Positions 41,503 through 51,945 of a stretch of DNA of 64,000 nucleotides are shown here, one piece after another. The stretch comes from Candidatus Marinacidobacterales bacterium (GTDB lineage Bacteria > Acidobacteriota > Vicinamibacteria > Marinacidobacterales > SMYC01). Both the position numbers and the translations under genes were made by a program. The notes under the pieces were generated by a model. The model was given only the letters and a program-made list of their open reading frames with translations. It searched no databases and had not been told where the DNA came from. Within the stretch, counting starts at the first letter, position 1. Each line of letters begins with the position of its first letter. Where the stretch lies: NCBI GenBank assembly GCA_965237955.1, contig OZ250169.1, forward strand, positions 7,488,001 through 7,552,000, read 5' to 3'.

Positions 41503-44064
41503 CTAGCCAACCCGGAGTATCGAGAGCGGTTTGTGGCGCAAGACGTCGAGGGTGACGGCGACGCCGACGACGGTCACCGATACCGCCGTGAGCACGACGG
41601 CGGCCGCGTTCGTCGCGAGGGCCACGCGGAACGGAATCTCCAGGACCTGCCGGCTCAAGAGAAACGTCAACGCTTGCGCGCCGAGAGCGCCGATGAGCCC
41701 GGCGAGTGCACCGAGAGTTCCGTACTCGAACAGCATCATCGTCGCCACCCAGCGTCGGCTAGCGCCCAACGTGCGGAAGATCGCCGTCTCGTAGCGGCGT
41801 TGATACTTCGTCATCGCGACCGAGCCGAGAAGGATCAAACCACCGCTCAGAAGTGCCACGCTTCCCACGACGGTGATCGCAAGCGAGATCTTCTCGACCA
41901 CCTGTGCGAGCGCATCCAACACGTCGCGCAAATCGACGACGGAAATATTGTGAAATCCCGAGAGCACGTCTCGCTGGAAACCGGCACGTGCCATCGCGTC
42001 GTTCGGTCCTTTGATGAATCCCGCGTAGGTATTGGGGACGCCTTCGAGCCCGCCCGGACGGAACACGAACATGAAGCCGCCGTTGCGCGCATCGCTCCAC
42101 TCGACGTCGCGGATGCTCGAGATTCTCGCTTCGAGCTGGCGCCCCATGATGTCGAACGTCATGGTGTCGCCGACGCCCATGTCGTAGCGCTCGTTCAAAC
42201 TCGACTCGATCGAGACTTCGAGCTCGGGCGAATAGCTATCGTCCCAGAACTCTCCTGCGATCACGCGCTCGTTCTCGTCGATGTGGTTTCGGTACGTGAT
42301 CGTGTACTCGCGGCCCAGTCCCCCACGCTCGCGAACCTGCTGGTAGGAGTCGAGTTGCACGTTAGCGCCGTCGACTTTGACGACACGGGCCCGGAGCACG
42401 GGGACGAGATTGACATGGCTCGCCCCCGACGCCCACGCGCGTTGTTCGAGCGTTTCCATCTGGTCGGGCTGGATATCGATGAAGAACATATCGGGAGCGT
42501 CGTCCCGTAGCTCGAGCGCGAACTGCTCGAGAAGATTCGCCTGGATGCTCCGCACCGTAAGGACGAAACAACACCCGACACCCACCGCGAGAAGAATGAC
42601 GCGCGTTTGGTTGCCTGGGCGGCTCACGTTCAGGACCGCGTGGCGCAATGGAAAGTACGCTTTTGTTCCCAAAGGAGCGACCGCTTTGATGAGGCCGAGA
42701 CCCGCGAAGTGGAGCGTCAAGCTGACCCCGGCAAACGCGAGACAAACATAAAGGCCCACGAGGAGCGAGTCCGCCTGCCAGCCGGCGAGTCCGATGAGCG
42801 CCGCAAGAAGCACCGCACCAGCGCCGAGCTGAAGCCTGTCGACGCTCTTGATCCGATCGGAGAGCTTGCGGCGGGTACTGCTCGGATCGAGCTGACTTTC
42901 GGGACGAAGGAGCCATAGCGGTCGTACCAAACGCACATGCAGGAGTGGGATGAGCGAGAACAGAGTCGACACCAAAAGCCCGATGCCAACACCCTGCACG
43001 ATCGCGGAGGCACTGAGGCCGAACTCGACCCCCTGCAAATCCACGCCGAGCCCCGGTGGGATGAAGCGCACCGCCACGGCCGCGAGGCTCACTCCGAGGA
43101 CGCTTCCGACAATGCTCAACGCGATCACCTGAAAGAAATAGATCGCGAGCACCTGCCGGGTGCTCGCGCCGAGACACTTCAAAACCGCAATGCTCTTGAG
43201 CTTCTGGGCGATGAAGACGCGCACGACGCTCCAAACCCCGACGCCACCGAGAATCAAGATCACGAAGCCCGCGAGGCTCAGATAGCTCTCGCCGCGTTTG
43301 AGGCGGCGGGCGAGGCGGTCCCCCGCTTCCCGGTACGAGCGTACGCGAACGAACTCGTTCGCGAGAGCTCCCTCGAGATCCCACACGAGCTCCTGGATGC
43401 CTTCCTCCTCCATGCGCACCAGCACTTGGCGCCACACTCGGCCCCCGAGCTCCAAAACGCTCGTTCCCTGGACATCGGCGTAGTCGATGAACACGCGTGG
43501 CCCCAACGTGAACATCCGGAGGCTACGGCCCGCTTCGCGGATGACGATCCCGCGGATTTCGAAGCTCTTGTCTCCGATCAGGACACGATCCCCGACTTCG
43601 AGATCGAGCCTGGTGAGAAGCTCGGGGCGTACTAAGGCTCCACCGTCTTTCAGGAGATCGTGATCATAGGTCGCCCCGACGAGCTCGATGGTGCCATAAT
43701 ACGGAAAGCCTTCCTTGATGGCTCTGAGCTCGACCATCGTCGCGATTTCGCTAAGCTTCTCGTTGTCCCGCCGCGCCATCGTGGTGGACTCGATCGAGCG
43801 GGTCGTCTCGAGCACACCGTGGCTTTCGAGCTTCTCGTCGATGATGTAGCGCGCGTTGTCGGTATAGGGACGGTTGCTGTAAATAAGGACGTCGGCCGCC
43901 GTCAGCGTCTTCGACTCTTTCACGAGCGCGGCCCGGACGCTTTGGATCACCGAGCGAAGAGCGACCATCGAGGCAACGCCGACGGCGATACACAAAAAGA
44001 AGAACAGGAGTCTCGAGCACGAGGCGCGCATTTCGCGCCCCGCCATCTTCAACACGAACTTCAT
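41503..44064 (-). CDS. YbbP-like FtsX-family ABC permease
   Basis: GFPYYG, LKCLGA, APDMFFIDIQPDQ, REYTITY, RTLGA. Confidence 0.92.
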   Translation of the reverse strand: MKFVLKMAGREMRASCSRLLFFFLCIAVGVASMVALRSVIQSVRAALVKESKTLTAADVLIYSNRPYTDNARYIIDEKLESHGVLETTRSIESTTMARRDNEKLSEIATMVELRAIKEGFPYYGTIELVGATYDHDLLKDGGALVRPELLTRLDLEVGDRVLIGDKSFEIRGIVIREAGRSLRMFTLGPRVFIDYADVQGTSVLELGGRVWRQVLVRMEEEGIQELVWDLEGALANEFVRVRSYREAGDRLARRLKRGESYLSLAGFVILILGGVGVWSVVRVFIAQKLKSIAVLKCLGASTRQVLAIYFFQVIALSIVGSVLGVSLAAVAVRFIPPGLGVDLQGVEFGLSASAIVQGVGIGLLVSTLFSLIPLLHVRLVRPLWLLRPESQLDPSSTRRKLSDRIKSVDRLQLGAGAVLLAALIGLAGWQADSLLVGLYVCLAFAGVSLTLHFAGLGLIKAVAPLGTKAYFPLRHAVLNVSRPGNQTRVILLAVGVGCCFVLTVRSIQANLLEQFALELRDDAPDMFFIDIQPDQMETLEQRAWASGASHVNLVPVLRARVVKVDGANVQLDSYQQVRERGGLGREYTITYRNHIDENERVIAGEFWDDSYSPELEVSIESSLNERYDMGVGDTMTFDIMGRQLEARISSIRDVEWSDARNGGFMFVFRPGGLEGVPNTYAGFIKGPNDAMARAGFQRDVLSGFHNISVVDLRDVLDALAQVVEKISLAITVVGSVALLSGGLILLGSVAMTKYQRRYETAIFRTLGASRRWVATMMLFEYGTLGALAGLIGALGAQALTFLLSRQVLEIPFRVALATNAAAVVLTAVSVTVVGVAVTLDVLRHKPLSILRVG

Positions 44065-44068
44065 GACA

Positions 44069-44782
44069 CTAGCTCGACGCCGCGCTGCGGATGTCTTTCA
44101 TGTCAGGCACGCTGCGCTCGTCGATACGATCGATGCGCCCGCCCTTGAGGAAGAGGATGCGGTCGGCCTGGTTGGCAAGCTCGACGTCGTGCGTCGCGAG
44201 CACGATCGTGGTGCCGCGCCGCTCGTGGATGTCCAGGATCAACTCGACGATGTGTTGTCCGTTGCCCGCATCGAGGTTTCCCGTAGGCTCGTCGGCGAGG
44301 AGAATCGGCGGGTCGTTCGCCAAGGCGCGCGCGATCGCGACCCGTTGTTGCTCACCGCCCGAAAGTTGCGACGGGTAGTGGTGCGTTCTTTCCGCAAGGC
44401 CGACTTCGACGAGGAGATCACGCGATTTCTTCCGAGCGTTGTCGACGCTGAAGATCTCCATGGGGACGAGCACGTTCTCGAACGCGGTAAGCGATGGGAG
44501 CAGGTGGAAAAACTGAAAGACGAAACCGATACGCTCGCCTCTCAGGCGTGCGAGCTCATCTTCTCCGAGGGACGTCAAGTCAGCGCCGTCGATGAGGATG
44601 CGGCCTTCGGTGGGGGCGTCGAGTCCGGCGATGAGACCCAAGAGCGTGGACTTGCCGCTACCTGAAGGTCCGACGATCGACACGAACTGCCCGCCAGGCA
44701 CTTCGAGATCCAAGGGATGGACGATGGTGAGATCCTCGGAGCCGCTTCGGACGACTTTGCTGACGTTTTCGAGACGGATCAT
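44069..44782 (-). CDS. YbbA-like ABC ATPase
   Basis: GPSGSGKST, LSGGEQQR, LADEPTGNLD. Confidence 0.95.
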   Translation of the reverse strand: MIRLENVSKVVRSGSEDLTIVHPLDLEVPGGQFVSIVGPSGSGKSTLLGLIAGLDAPTEGRILIDGADLTSLGEDELARLRGERIGFVFQFFHLLPSLTAFENVLVPMEIFSVDNARKKSRDLLVEVGLAERTHHYPSQLSGGEQQRVAIARALANDPPILLADEPTGNLDAGNGQHIVELILDIHERRGTTIVLATHDVELANQADRILFLKGGRIDRIDERSVPDMKDIRSAASS

Positions 44783-45513
44783 GAACTAGCACTAGCGGGC
44801 GTCAACATGGACTTCAGGTACTCCCAGACGTTTTCGGCAACGATGCGCGCCCCGGCGACGTTCGGGTGTTTACCATCCGCCTGGTTGAGCTCGGCAACGC
44901 CAGCCACGTTGTCGAGAAAATGCGGCATGAATGTGACGTCGCGCTCCGCCGCAACGTCTTCGAAGGCCTCGACGAAGTCACGCACATACCGGTTGGCGTG
45001 CTCGTCTCCCAGGCCGAGCCCGGCGAGGAGCACCGGAATCCTCCGGGATTCGGCGGCATCAATGATGGTGTTCAAATTTTTTTTCATCTCGCTCGGCCGG
45101 AGCCCGCGGAGCCCGTCGTTCGCCCCCAGTTCGAGAATGAACACGGCGACGTCACGCTCTTCCAAGACCCAATCGAGCCTTCGAACGCCCCCCGCGGACG
45201 TTTCTCCCGAAACGCCGGCGTTGATCACCTCGTACGGATAGCCTTCCGCGTCGAGGATCGCTTGGAGCGCCGCCGGGTAGGCCTCGTCCTGAGGGATACC
45301 GAATCCGGCGGTAAGGCTATCGCCGAAAGCGATGATTTTTTGCTGAGCACTCCTGTCAGGCCTGTCAGGCCGGTCGGGGGCCTCTCGGCTCGTAGCTTGC
45401 GGCCCCCCGTCCCGCAAGTCGTCGCGGACGTCGGGGACGGGCTCGTTCCCGCATGCCGTGAGCATCATCGCCATCATCGCCACAAAGGCCACGATGACGG
45501 CCGACCATCTCAT
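44779..45513 (-). CDS. TesA-like SGNH arylesterase lipoprotein
   Basis: LTAC lipobox, FGDSLT, GVSGET, GAND, DGKHPN. Confidence 0.92.
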   Translation of the reverse strand: MRWSAVIVAFVAMMAMMLTACGNEPVPDVRDDLRDGGPQATSREAPDRPDRPDRSAQQKIIAFGDSLTAGFGIPQDEAYPAALQAILDAEGYPYEVINAGVSGETSAGGVRRLDWVLEERDVAVFILELGANDGLRGLRPSEMKKNLNTIIDAAESRRIPVLLAGLGLGDEHANRYVRDFVEAFEDVAAERDVTFMPHFLDNVAGVAELNQADGKHPNVAGARIVAENVWEYLKSMLTPASASS

Positions 45514-45636
45514 GTTAACTAGACTAACCGTCCACTCGGCCCGGCGCCAGCGGAATTGTCAGGGCGTCGCCGTCATTTGATAAGCCGTCTCGTTATGGCT
45601 AGAATCCGCGTCGCCCGCTCAGAAAAGGGCACAACC

Positions 45637-46071
45637 ATGGCAGAACTCCAAAATTCCGAATCCCGAGCTCAGGACGTACAGCGCGCGGTCGACGAAATCC
45701 GCTCCGCGCACCAGCTCAGGCCGCTCACCGAAGCCGAGAGTGGCGACGGCGTCGACAATCTCCCCAAAGGAGTCTACGGCTTCACGTACTCACCGGCGCT
45801 CGACAACTTCCCGCTGTTCAAAGCTCGCGATCTGCGCTGCTATGAAGGCCACAAGCTCACCGACGGAAGCGTGGTGCTGCTCGGTTTTCTCACCGCGGAG
45901 GAAAAGCAGAAACTCGAAAACACCGCCGAGAAAGCTACGATCCACCTGTTCGCCGAGGCGAGCGGCGACGCGGACGAGCTGGTGAGCGTGCCGATGAGCC
46001 GCGTGCTCGGCCACGTCGAGTATTCGCAACGTGGTGGTAAGGGGTTGGAACTCTCGGTCGGATCTAGCTGA
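45637..46071 (+). CDS. Hypothetical protein
   Basis: 144 aa, coding-like codon usage, RBS-like AAAGG; no family recognised. Confidence 0.65.
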   Translation: MAELQNSESRAQDVQRAVDEIRSAHQLRPLTEAESGDGVDNLPKGVYGFTYSPALDNFPLFKARDLRCYEGHKLTDGSVVLLGFLTAEEKQKLENTAEKATIHLFAEASGDADELVSVPMSRVLGHVEYSQRGGKGLELSVGSS

Positions 46072-46317
46072 GGCTCCACGGCAGCGGCGCGTTACGCCAT
46101 CGGCCATCAGCCCACGACGACGAATCTCCGAGAGGAGATCAACAAGTTCGTTGTGCGCATGAAGCTCGGTTACGATTGCGCCAACTCGTGATCGCCGTCG
46201 TCAAAGCCCTCGCGAATTAGCGCCCTAGTGCTGGCCGCGGGTGGCCGCTGGCTGGTATACTACCGCGTTCTCTAAACCAACAACCTATCCATCTCCGCGC
46301 GCCCAGGACGATTGTTC

Positions 46318-47487
46318 ATGTTCCGTCTGAAGGAAGTCGGTCTCGCTCTCGACTCCAGAGAGTGCGTGATTCTAACCAAACGCCGCCGCGGCGAGCTCGA
46401 AGAGCTTCGCTACCCGGCTCTCGCCCAGGTTCGAGGCGCGGAGATCCGCGCCATCGGGCAACGGGCACACCGTCTCGTGGGAAAGTCCCGGGACGTCATC
46501 ACCGTGTTCCCCGGCCGGGTCGAAGACCCGATGATCCTCGGCGACTATCTGCCACGGGTATTCCCTCGCCGCTCGAAGCTCGAGCGGAGGAGATTGTGGG
46601 CGAGCGTTCCTACTGGCACGGGCTTCCAATCGCTCTACGACTTGCGGCATTGCTTCGAAGGAAGCCTGGGACCGAAAGAAACCGTGCTCGTGCCCGAGCT
46701 CCTGGCCGCAGCGGTCGGGTGTGGCTTTTCCGTTCTACGCTCGGAAGACGATTCGCACAAAGCGAAGATGGTGGTCCATCTCGGCGCGAGCCGCATGTCG
46801 GCTGGTGTCTTCGTCGACGGCGGTCTCACCGGTCTCGTCGTCAAAGAGGGAAGCTGGGATCTTCTCGCTCGCGAAGTGCAGGAAACGCTTCAGTTCCGCT
46901 TGGGCACCACGCTGGGCTACAACACGTTCTTCAAAGTCGTCCGGTGTCTCTCGCGCAGTTTCTTCGAGCGCAAAGCGTCGCAAGCCAGCACCGTCCATGG
47001 TGCGAATGACACGCCTGCCGTCACCGGCCCGCCTTCGCAGCTCGCCGAGCTCGATCCGAACGCACCCGGAGAGATCGCCCCGCCGGCGAATCTCAGAAGC
47101 TTCAGCGAACGAGGGCTCATCGAGTACGTCGTCGAAGACGAGACCGTAAGCCGCGCGATCGATCTGCAGCTCAAAACACTATTGTTCAATCTCGAAAAAG
47201 TCGTCTTTGGAAGTTTCGCCAAGCTCAAAAGCGAAGGGCGCGGCGAGATCGCGAGCGATCTCTTTGCGGACAGCGTGATGCTTTGCGGCGACGTCTTCTT
47301 CGATCCCGCCGCGTTGACGCAATACTTCACCCGGCTGTCGCGGTTTCGCTTCGAGTCGACGAACGGCCATACCGTCGCGAGAGGCTTGCGCAAGATCATG
47401 ACGTCCGAACGCGCTCACAAGCACGCCTACCGCGATCTCGCCAAGACGATCCACGACGAGAGCCTGTTTTTGACGAGTACGATCTGA
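46318..47487 (+). CDS. Divergent MreB-like actin-fold protein
   Basis: Colinear MreB-like segments SVPTG, PELLAAAVGCG, MVVHLG, EIASDL..VMLCG, TVARG. Confidence 0.75.
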   Translation: MFRLKEVGLALDSRECVILTKRRRGELEELRYPALAQVRGAEIRAIGQRAHRLVGKSRDVITVFPGRVEDPMILGDYLPRVFPRRSKLERRRLWASVPTGTGFQSLYDLRHCFEGSLGPKETVLVPELLAAAVGCGFSVLRSEDDSHKAKMVVHLGASRMSAGVFVDGGLTGLVVKEGSWDLLAREVQETLQFRLGTTLGYNTFFKVVRCLSRSFFERKASQASTVHGANDTPAVTGPPSQLAELDPNAPGEIAPPANLRSFSERGLIEYVVEDETVSRAIDLQLKTLLFNLEKVVFGSFAKLKSEGRGEIASDLFADSVMLCGDVFFDPAALTQYFTRLSRFRFESTNGHTVARGLRKIMTSERAHKHAYRDLAKTIHDESLFLTSTI

Positions 47488-47654
47488 AGGCTCCTCACTC
47501 AGAGAGGGGTGTGCGTGGTGGGGAGATCGCCTTCTTCGGCTTCAGAGTCAGAACTTGGCTTCGAGCGGCGCCGGCCTGGTCGGCACCGTCTAATTTGTAC
47601 GTACGCCCGAAAGGATCAGTTCTCGTTCGCAGGAAGTCGCGTCGATCCATATCG

Positions 47655-48158
47655 CTATTCCGGCGGTACGCCGGCGAAGACGTTCGCCGGCGGCGTGGGA
47701 TTGCCGTTCAAACGCCGCCACGCGTTGATTTGCCCGACGTGGGTGAGCGCGTCGGCCAATGGGCCGTTCATGATGTTCCATACGGGAAAGTGCGACCGGT
47801 CGCGCTTGAGCACCTGGTGGCCGGCAATCGTTTCGTCCGTGAGACCTTCGAGATGCTCGCGCACGATACGGAGGTTCTCGAGAGCCTGCTCCCTCAACGC
47901 CGCGGGATCGTCGCTTCCGAACTGCTCCCGCTCGTCCGCGTTGAACACCGTCTGCTTGATCATGAACACGAGGTGGAGGATGTGCTTTTGCAGCTCGAGC
48001 GTGCTCATGCTGTCGGGCCCCGGTCGAAACTCGAAATCCTCGGGCCTGAGCCCATCCGTAGCCCAATAGTATCGAAACGCCAACCCATCCACGATGCGCG
48101 CGAGAACGCCGGTGCCATCGAGCTTCTCCGGAGGAGCCCCGATTTCATAGCCGAACAT
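47655..48158 (-). CDS. DinB-like protein
   Basis: FRPGPDSMSTLELQKHI, DALTHVGQINAWRR. Confidence 0.75.
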   Translation of the reverse strand: MFGYEIGAPPEKLDGTGVLARIVDGLAFRYYWATDGLRPEDFEFRPGPDSMSTLELQKHILHLVFMIKQTVFNADEREQFGSDDPAALREQALENLRIVREHLEGLTDETIAGHQVLKRDRSHFPVWNIMNGPLADALTHVGQINAWRRLNGNPTPPANVFAGVPPE

Positions 48159-48389
48159 GACGTGAGCTTATCATCCGCGCTCTTGGGGCGGATGGCCGGT
48201 GGCCTATTCACTTCCCCCTCACTTGGGAGGGGCATTTGTGCCCTTAACAGCATGTTAGAGCGCTTTATCTGCTCTTGAGAGCATCTTTCACTTGAGATCT
48301 GCGAGACTTCCTATCCGGGATTCCGATTCGCGATCCAGAATGATAGCGGATAGCGACCGCAACAAAATTTTCCGTGCTAACCTGCAGGC

Positions 48390-48818
48390 ATGAGACGTGG
48401 CACCGCCTGGATATTCCTCATCGCCTTCGTGGGCTGCGGAGACAGTGGCCTCACGACCAACTCGACTCCACCGCCGCCGCCGCCCGGGGCCGGGGACACG
48501 TTCGCGGTCTTCATGGACCCCAATAGCGATTTTCAAACGACGGATGTGCGTGACGCCGACAACGAGGTCGTACGCTTCGACACCACGGAGAACGCGCTCG
48601 TGTGGACGGCGACCGACTTGCTGTTCGACAGCTGGGTCGTGGACGGAAACTTTCTCGGAGCTGGACGGCCCTACCAGGTCCGCTTCGGCGCGGTTTCCGG
48701 TGAACGGCGCGCCTATTTTACGGAAACGGTCCGCGGCACGATCTGCGAGTTGTCCGTGGTGAACAACGAGCTCTTCATCGCCCCGACCGATTTGCTTCCG
48801 CCGCAGCAAACGCGGTAG
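48390..48818 (+). CDS. Hypothetical lipoprotein
   Basis: FVGC lipobox, poly-Pro linker, beta-rich domain. Confidence 0.72.
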   Translation: MRRGTAWIFLIAFVGCGDSGLTTNSTPPPPPPGAGDTFAVFMDPNSDFQTTDVRDADNEVVRFDTTENALVWTATDLLFDSWVVDGNFLGAGRPYQVRFGAVSGERRAYFTETVRGTICELSVVNNELFIAPTDLLPPQQTR

Positions 48819-48851
48819 TATAAGGTTATCCTTGCCGCCACGAGGAGAGAT

Positions 48852-49577
48852 ATGGGACGTCTCAAAAACACGAACGCTATACCGTTCGGCGTAGCACTCC
48901 AAGCTTTGGCCCTATTCGTGGCCGCGTTTTTCATGGGGCCGGGATCCGCGACTTCCCCAGAGGCAACCGGCGCCGGGGGTAACGCAGCTAACATTCCCGG
49001 GGCGTTGACGTCACTGACGGAGCTTCCCAGAGATTTGAAGCGCGAGATGCTTCCCGTTCCTCGCGTTCCCGAGCGCGAAAACCGCAACGATCCTCCGCAG
49101 CCGACACCCACTGCCGAGGGGATCGATTCTCTGATGTCCGAAGGGGCCAAGCTCGCGAGCCTGCGAACGAACAGCGTTTCGCTGAGCGGGCTCGTCGCAA
49201 TTCCCATCTCGGCTCCGATGCTGGGCGTCCCCGATAGTCTCAACGGGTTGTCGCTCGCGGGCGGCGCGTGGCTCGGTGGCGGAAGCAATTCGGCACGTCG
49301 ACGTGGCTCGCGTCGCGGTGGCGGACCGTCCGACATGGGCGGCGGCGGCCACGGGATGGGTGGCGGCAGTGGCGGTGGTGGATATTGCCCGACACCGGGC
49401 CGGGTCGGCGGTGGTCGTAGCCGTGGCGGCGGTGGTGGCGGTGTCAGCGCCGGCACAGGACGCCCCCGTGGTGGCGGCGGCAGTGGCGCTACCGGGACAT
49501 CCAGCGGCGGCTCGCGTGGCCGGCCGGCAGGTCCCAAGAGCGGCGGCGCCGCTCGCGGCAAGGGCGGAAAATCATAG
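48852..49577 (+). CDS. Hypothetical membrane-anchored or secreted protein with Gly/Arg-rich tail
   Basis: AGGAG RBS, N-terminal hydrophobic helix, about 100-aa G/R/S tail. Confidence 0.6.
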   Translation: MGRLKNTNAIPFGVALQALALFVAAFFMGPGSATSPEATGAGGNAANIPGALTSLTELPRDLKREMLPVPRVPERENRNDPPQPTPTAEGIDSLMSEGAKLASLRTNSVSLSGLVAIPISAPMLGVPDSLNGLSLAGGAWLGGGSNSARRRGSRRGGGPSDMGGGGHGMGGGSGGGGYCPTPGRVGGGRSRGGGGGGVSAGTGRPRGGGGSGATGTSSGGSRGRPAGPKSGGAARGKGGKS

Positions 49578-49621
49578 TCTGAGCTTGCCTACACTTCGGG
49601 GAAGCGATACGCTCGCCTCCC

Positions 49622-50026
49622 TTGAGCTCCTCGAATCCAACCCTCGATCGCCGTAGTTTTCTCGCTGCCGGTGCATTTTCGCTCGGCTCGCTCGCCTCAC
49701 TCGGCACGCTCGGAGCTTGTTTCTCCACTCGGTCGACCGTCGACGGACTCACCGTCCTCGACATGCAGCTCGGATGGCTCGCCGGGGGTAACCAGCTCGG
49801 TGAAGTCGTCGCCAAGCGTCTCGGATACCTCGAAGAGGAAGGTCTCCACCTCGAGATCCATCCAGGAGGGCCTCACATCGACGGCGTCGGCATCGTCGCC
49901 TCGGGGCGCTATCAGCTCGGGCAGGTCTCGTCGAGCCCATCGCTCATGTTGGCGGTGGGTCAAGGGATTCCGCCGTGCCCGGTAATCAAAGCGGTTTGCG
50001 GAACCCGCTCGAGCTGCATAGGATAA
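49622..50026 (+). pseudogene. Truncated NMT1/THI5-like substrate-binding protein
   Basis: Tat DRRSFL, QLGWL, GYLEEEGL..HPGGP; similarity ends near 49975. Confidence 0.7.
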
Positions 50027-50033
50027 GAGCAGC

Positions 50034-51014
50034 GTGGGAAACAGAAGTAACAGGGGAAGTATCTCGGGATTGGCGTCGTCCAAGCGCTCGTTCGTCTCTC
50101 GTCAACCGCCGCACGTGTCGTTCGAGTTCTTCCCTCCGAAAACGCCCAACGGCTGGGACAAGCTTAAAGAGACGGCCGCGCATCTCGCCGAGTTCGAGCC
50201 CGATTTCACGTCGGTGACGTTCGGGGCGGGTGGAAGCGGAAACGTGCGCACTTTGGAAGCGTGTCTCGCGGTTCGGAGCGTCATGGACGCGGACGTCGTT
50301 CCCCATCTTTCATGTATCGGCCAGACTCGAGACATGATCGAAGCGCACCTCGAGGAGTACAAAAACGCCGGCCTTACTCGGATTCTGGCGCTCAGGGGCG
50401 ACGTCCCCATCGACGCTCCGAGCACGGAGCCCGCGTTTCCCCCAGACGGCTTCCGCTACGCGAGCGAGTTGGTAGAGTTCATCAAGAGACGCGGACACTT
50501 CCACATCCTGGTTGGTTGTTACCCGGAAGGCCATCCCGAAGCAACCAGCCTGCAAACGGACATCGACAACTTCATCCGCAAAATCGAAGCCGGCGCCGAC
50601 GCCGCGGTGACGCAATACTTCTTCAACAACGCCGGCTACTTTCACTTCGTCAACGAGGTGCGTCGCCGCGGGCTCGACACCCCCATCGTCGTCGGGCTGA
50701 TGCCGGTGTGGCCGTACCAGCAGGTCGCTCGCTTCTCGGAAAAGTGTGGCGCCGACGTGCCGCTATGGATTCGCAAGCGAATGGAAGGCTACCAAGACGA
50801 CCCCAAATCGCAGTTCGAGTTCGCCGTGGAAGTCGCGGTCACCCAGTCGGAAGAGCTTCTCAGAAACGGCGCGCCCGGCATCCACTTCTACACGCTGAAC
50901 CGACCCGAGGCCATTGTTCGCATTTGCGAACACTTGCGAGGCCAGCAAGTCGAAAGCGGGCCGTCGGACGCTATCGGTTTTGGGGACGTGGAGATTCCCG
51001 CCAGTCTTACGTAG
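50034..51014 (+). CDS. metF: Methylenetetrahydrofolate reductase
   Basis: SFEFFPPK, SVTFGAGG, ALRGD, YPEGHP, TQYFF, HFYTLN; start uncertain. Confidence 0.95.
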   Translation: MGNRSNRGSISGLASSKRSFVSRQPPHVSFEFFPPKTPNGWDKLKETAAHLAEFEPDFTSVTFGAGGSGNVRTLEACLAVRSVMDADVVPHLSCIGQTRDMIEAHLEEYKNAGLTRILALRGDVPIDAPSTEPAFPPDGFRYASELVEFIKRRGHFHILVGCYPEGHPEATSLQTDIDNFIRKIEAGADAAVTQYFFNNAGYFHFVNEVRRRGLDTPIVVGLMPVWPYQQVARFSEKCGADVPLWIRKRMEGYQDDPKSQFEFAVEVAVTQSEELLRNGAPGIHFYTLNRPEAIVRICEHLRGQQVESGPSDAIGFGDVEIPASLT

Positions 51015-51047
51015 CGGCGCCATCGGCCATCGGCCGTCAGCCATCGG

Positions 51048-51310
51048 CTAGGGCGGGGCGGTTGTCTCGACAACCACCAGGTAGTGATCGGCGGCGACGT
51101 CTGTTAGTGTCGTTTCGTTGCCACTTGGCCAGCGGATTCGTACCTCGTCGACAGTGCTTGCGGTTCCCAGGCCGAAGTGGACTCGCGGATCGCTGGACGA
51201 AAAAATGCTTCCGGACGCGTGGACTTCCTTCCTTCACCTGGGTGCGCCCTCCGCTGCTGAGCCGCACGCGGGCACCGGCGGCGTCTCGGTTGCTCGCTCG
51301 TCCCACCGAC
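51048..51310 (-). pseudogene. ASPIC/UnbV (CRTAC1-like) C-terminal remnant
   Basis: SNRDAAGARVR..QVKE / VHASGSIFSSSDPRVHFGLG..IRWPSG, broken by a 4-bp duplication near 51228. Confidence 0.75.
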
Positions 51311-51410
51311 AACGCAACTGTGTAACCTGGTTTTGGATCGTCGACTGTTTCTGTTGTCGTGGTGAAGAAACTCTCGCGTAGATCGCCGCACGGCGAGGCA
51401 GTGAGCTCAT
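51311..51410 (-). pseudogene. Serine recombinase N-terminal remnant
   Basis: MSSLPRRAAIYARVSSPRQQKQSTIQNQV with GGGAGG RBS. Confidence 0.7.
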
Positions 51411-51870
51411 CGCTTGCCCTCCCTTGAGAAGATGTCGTCCAGACTTTTGTCGATTACGCTTCGATAAACGTCCAGGGTTTTACGCCAGCCCACCGCGCTT
51501 TCAGTAGCTCCTGGAGGTGAGCTCCACGAATGGGCTCGTGAATCCGAGTGTGAAGCTCCTGGTCTTTGAACAAACCCAGCAGACCGAAACTCTCCCATTG
51601 ATGCCACCATGAAGGCCTGATGGTTTGTCCTGCGATGTCGCCCACGGCTTCGGCACGAAGCGTTTCGCAGACGAGCTGCACGGCACCGCCCGATTCCAAG
51701 AAACTCGTCTCGCTCGAAGGTCGGTGCTCAGGCAGAGGCGGAGCGTTTTTTTTACGTCGAGGGCGGTTGAGATTCTTCACGACTTTCTCAATCGTGCGCC
51801 GTGCTCTTGGAAAACACGCTCGGCGAGCTCACGGCCGCAGAGCTCAGGCTCGAGCTGCTTTTCCCGGTGC

Positions 51871-51945
51871 CGGGCCACCCCGGCATCGACGAAGCCGCGC
51901 CAGAAGCCGTATTTTTTTTCGAATCGCTCCTCCCAAACGGCCTTG
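51871..51945 (-). pseudogene. IS91-like transposase N-terminal remnant
   Basis: VWEERFEKKYGFWRGFVD resembles the segment preceding the IS91 zinc-binding domain. Confidence 0.45.

Noticed and set aside
46100-46190. Possible short gene remnant (TTNLREEINKFVVRMKLG)
   Set aside because: Too short to assign
49975-50060. SAM/SAH riboswitch before metF
   Set aside because: No recognisable consensus elements
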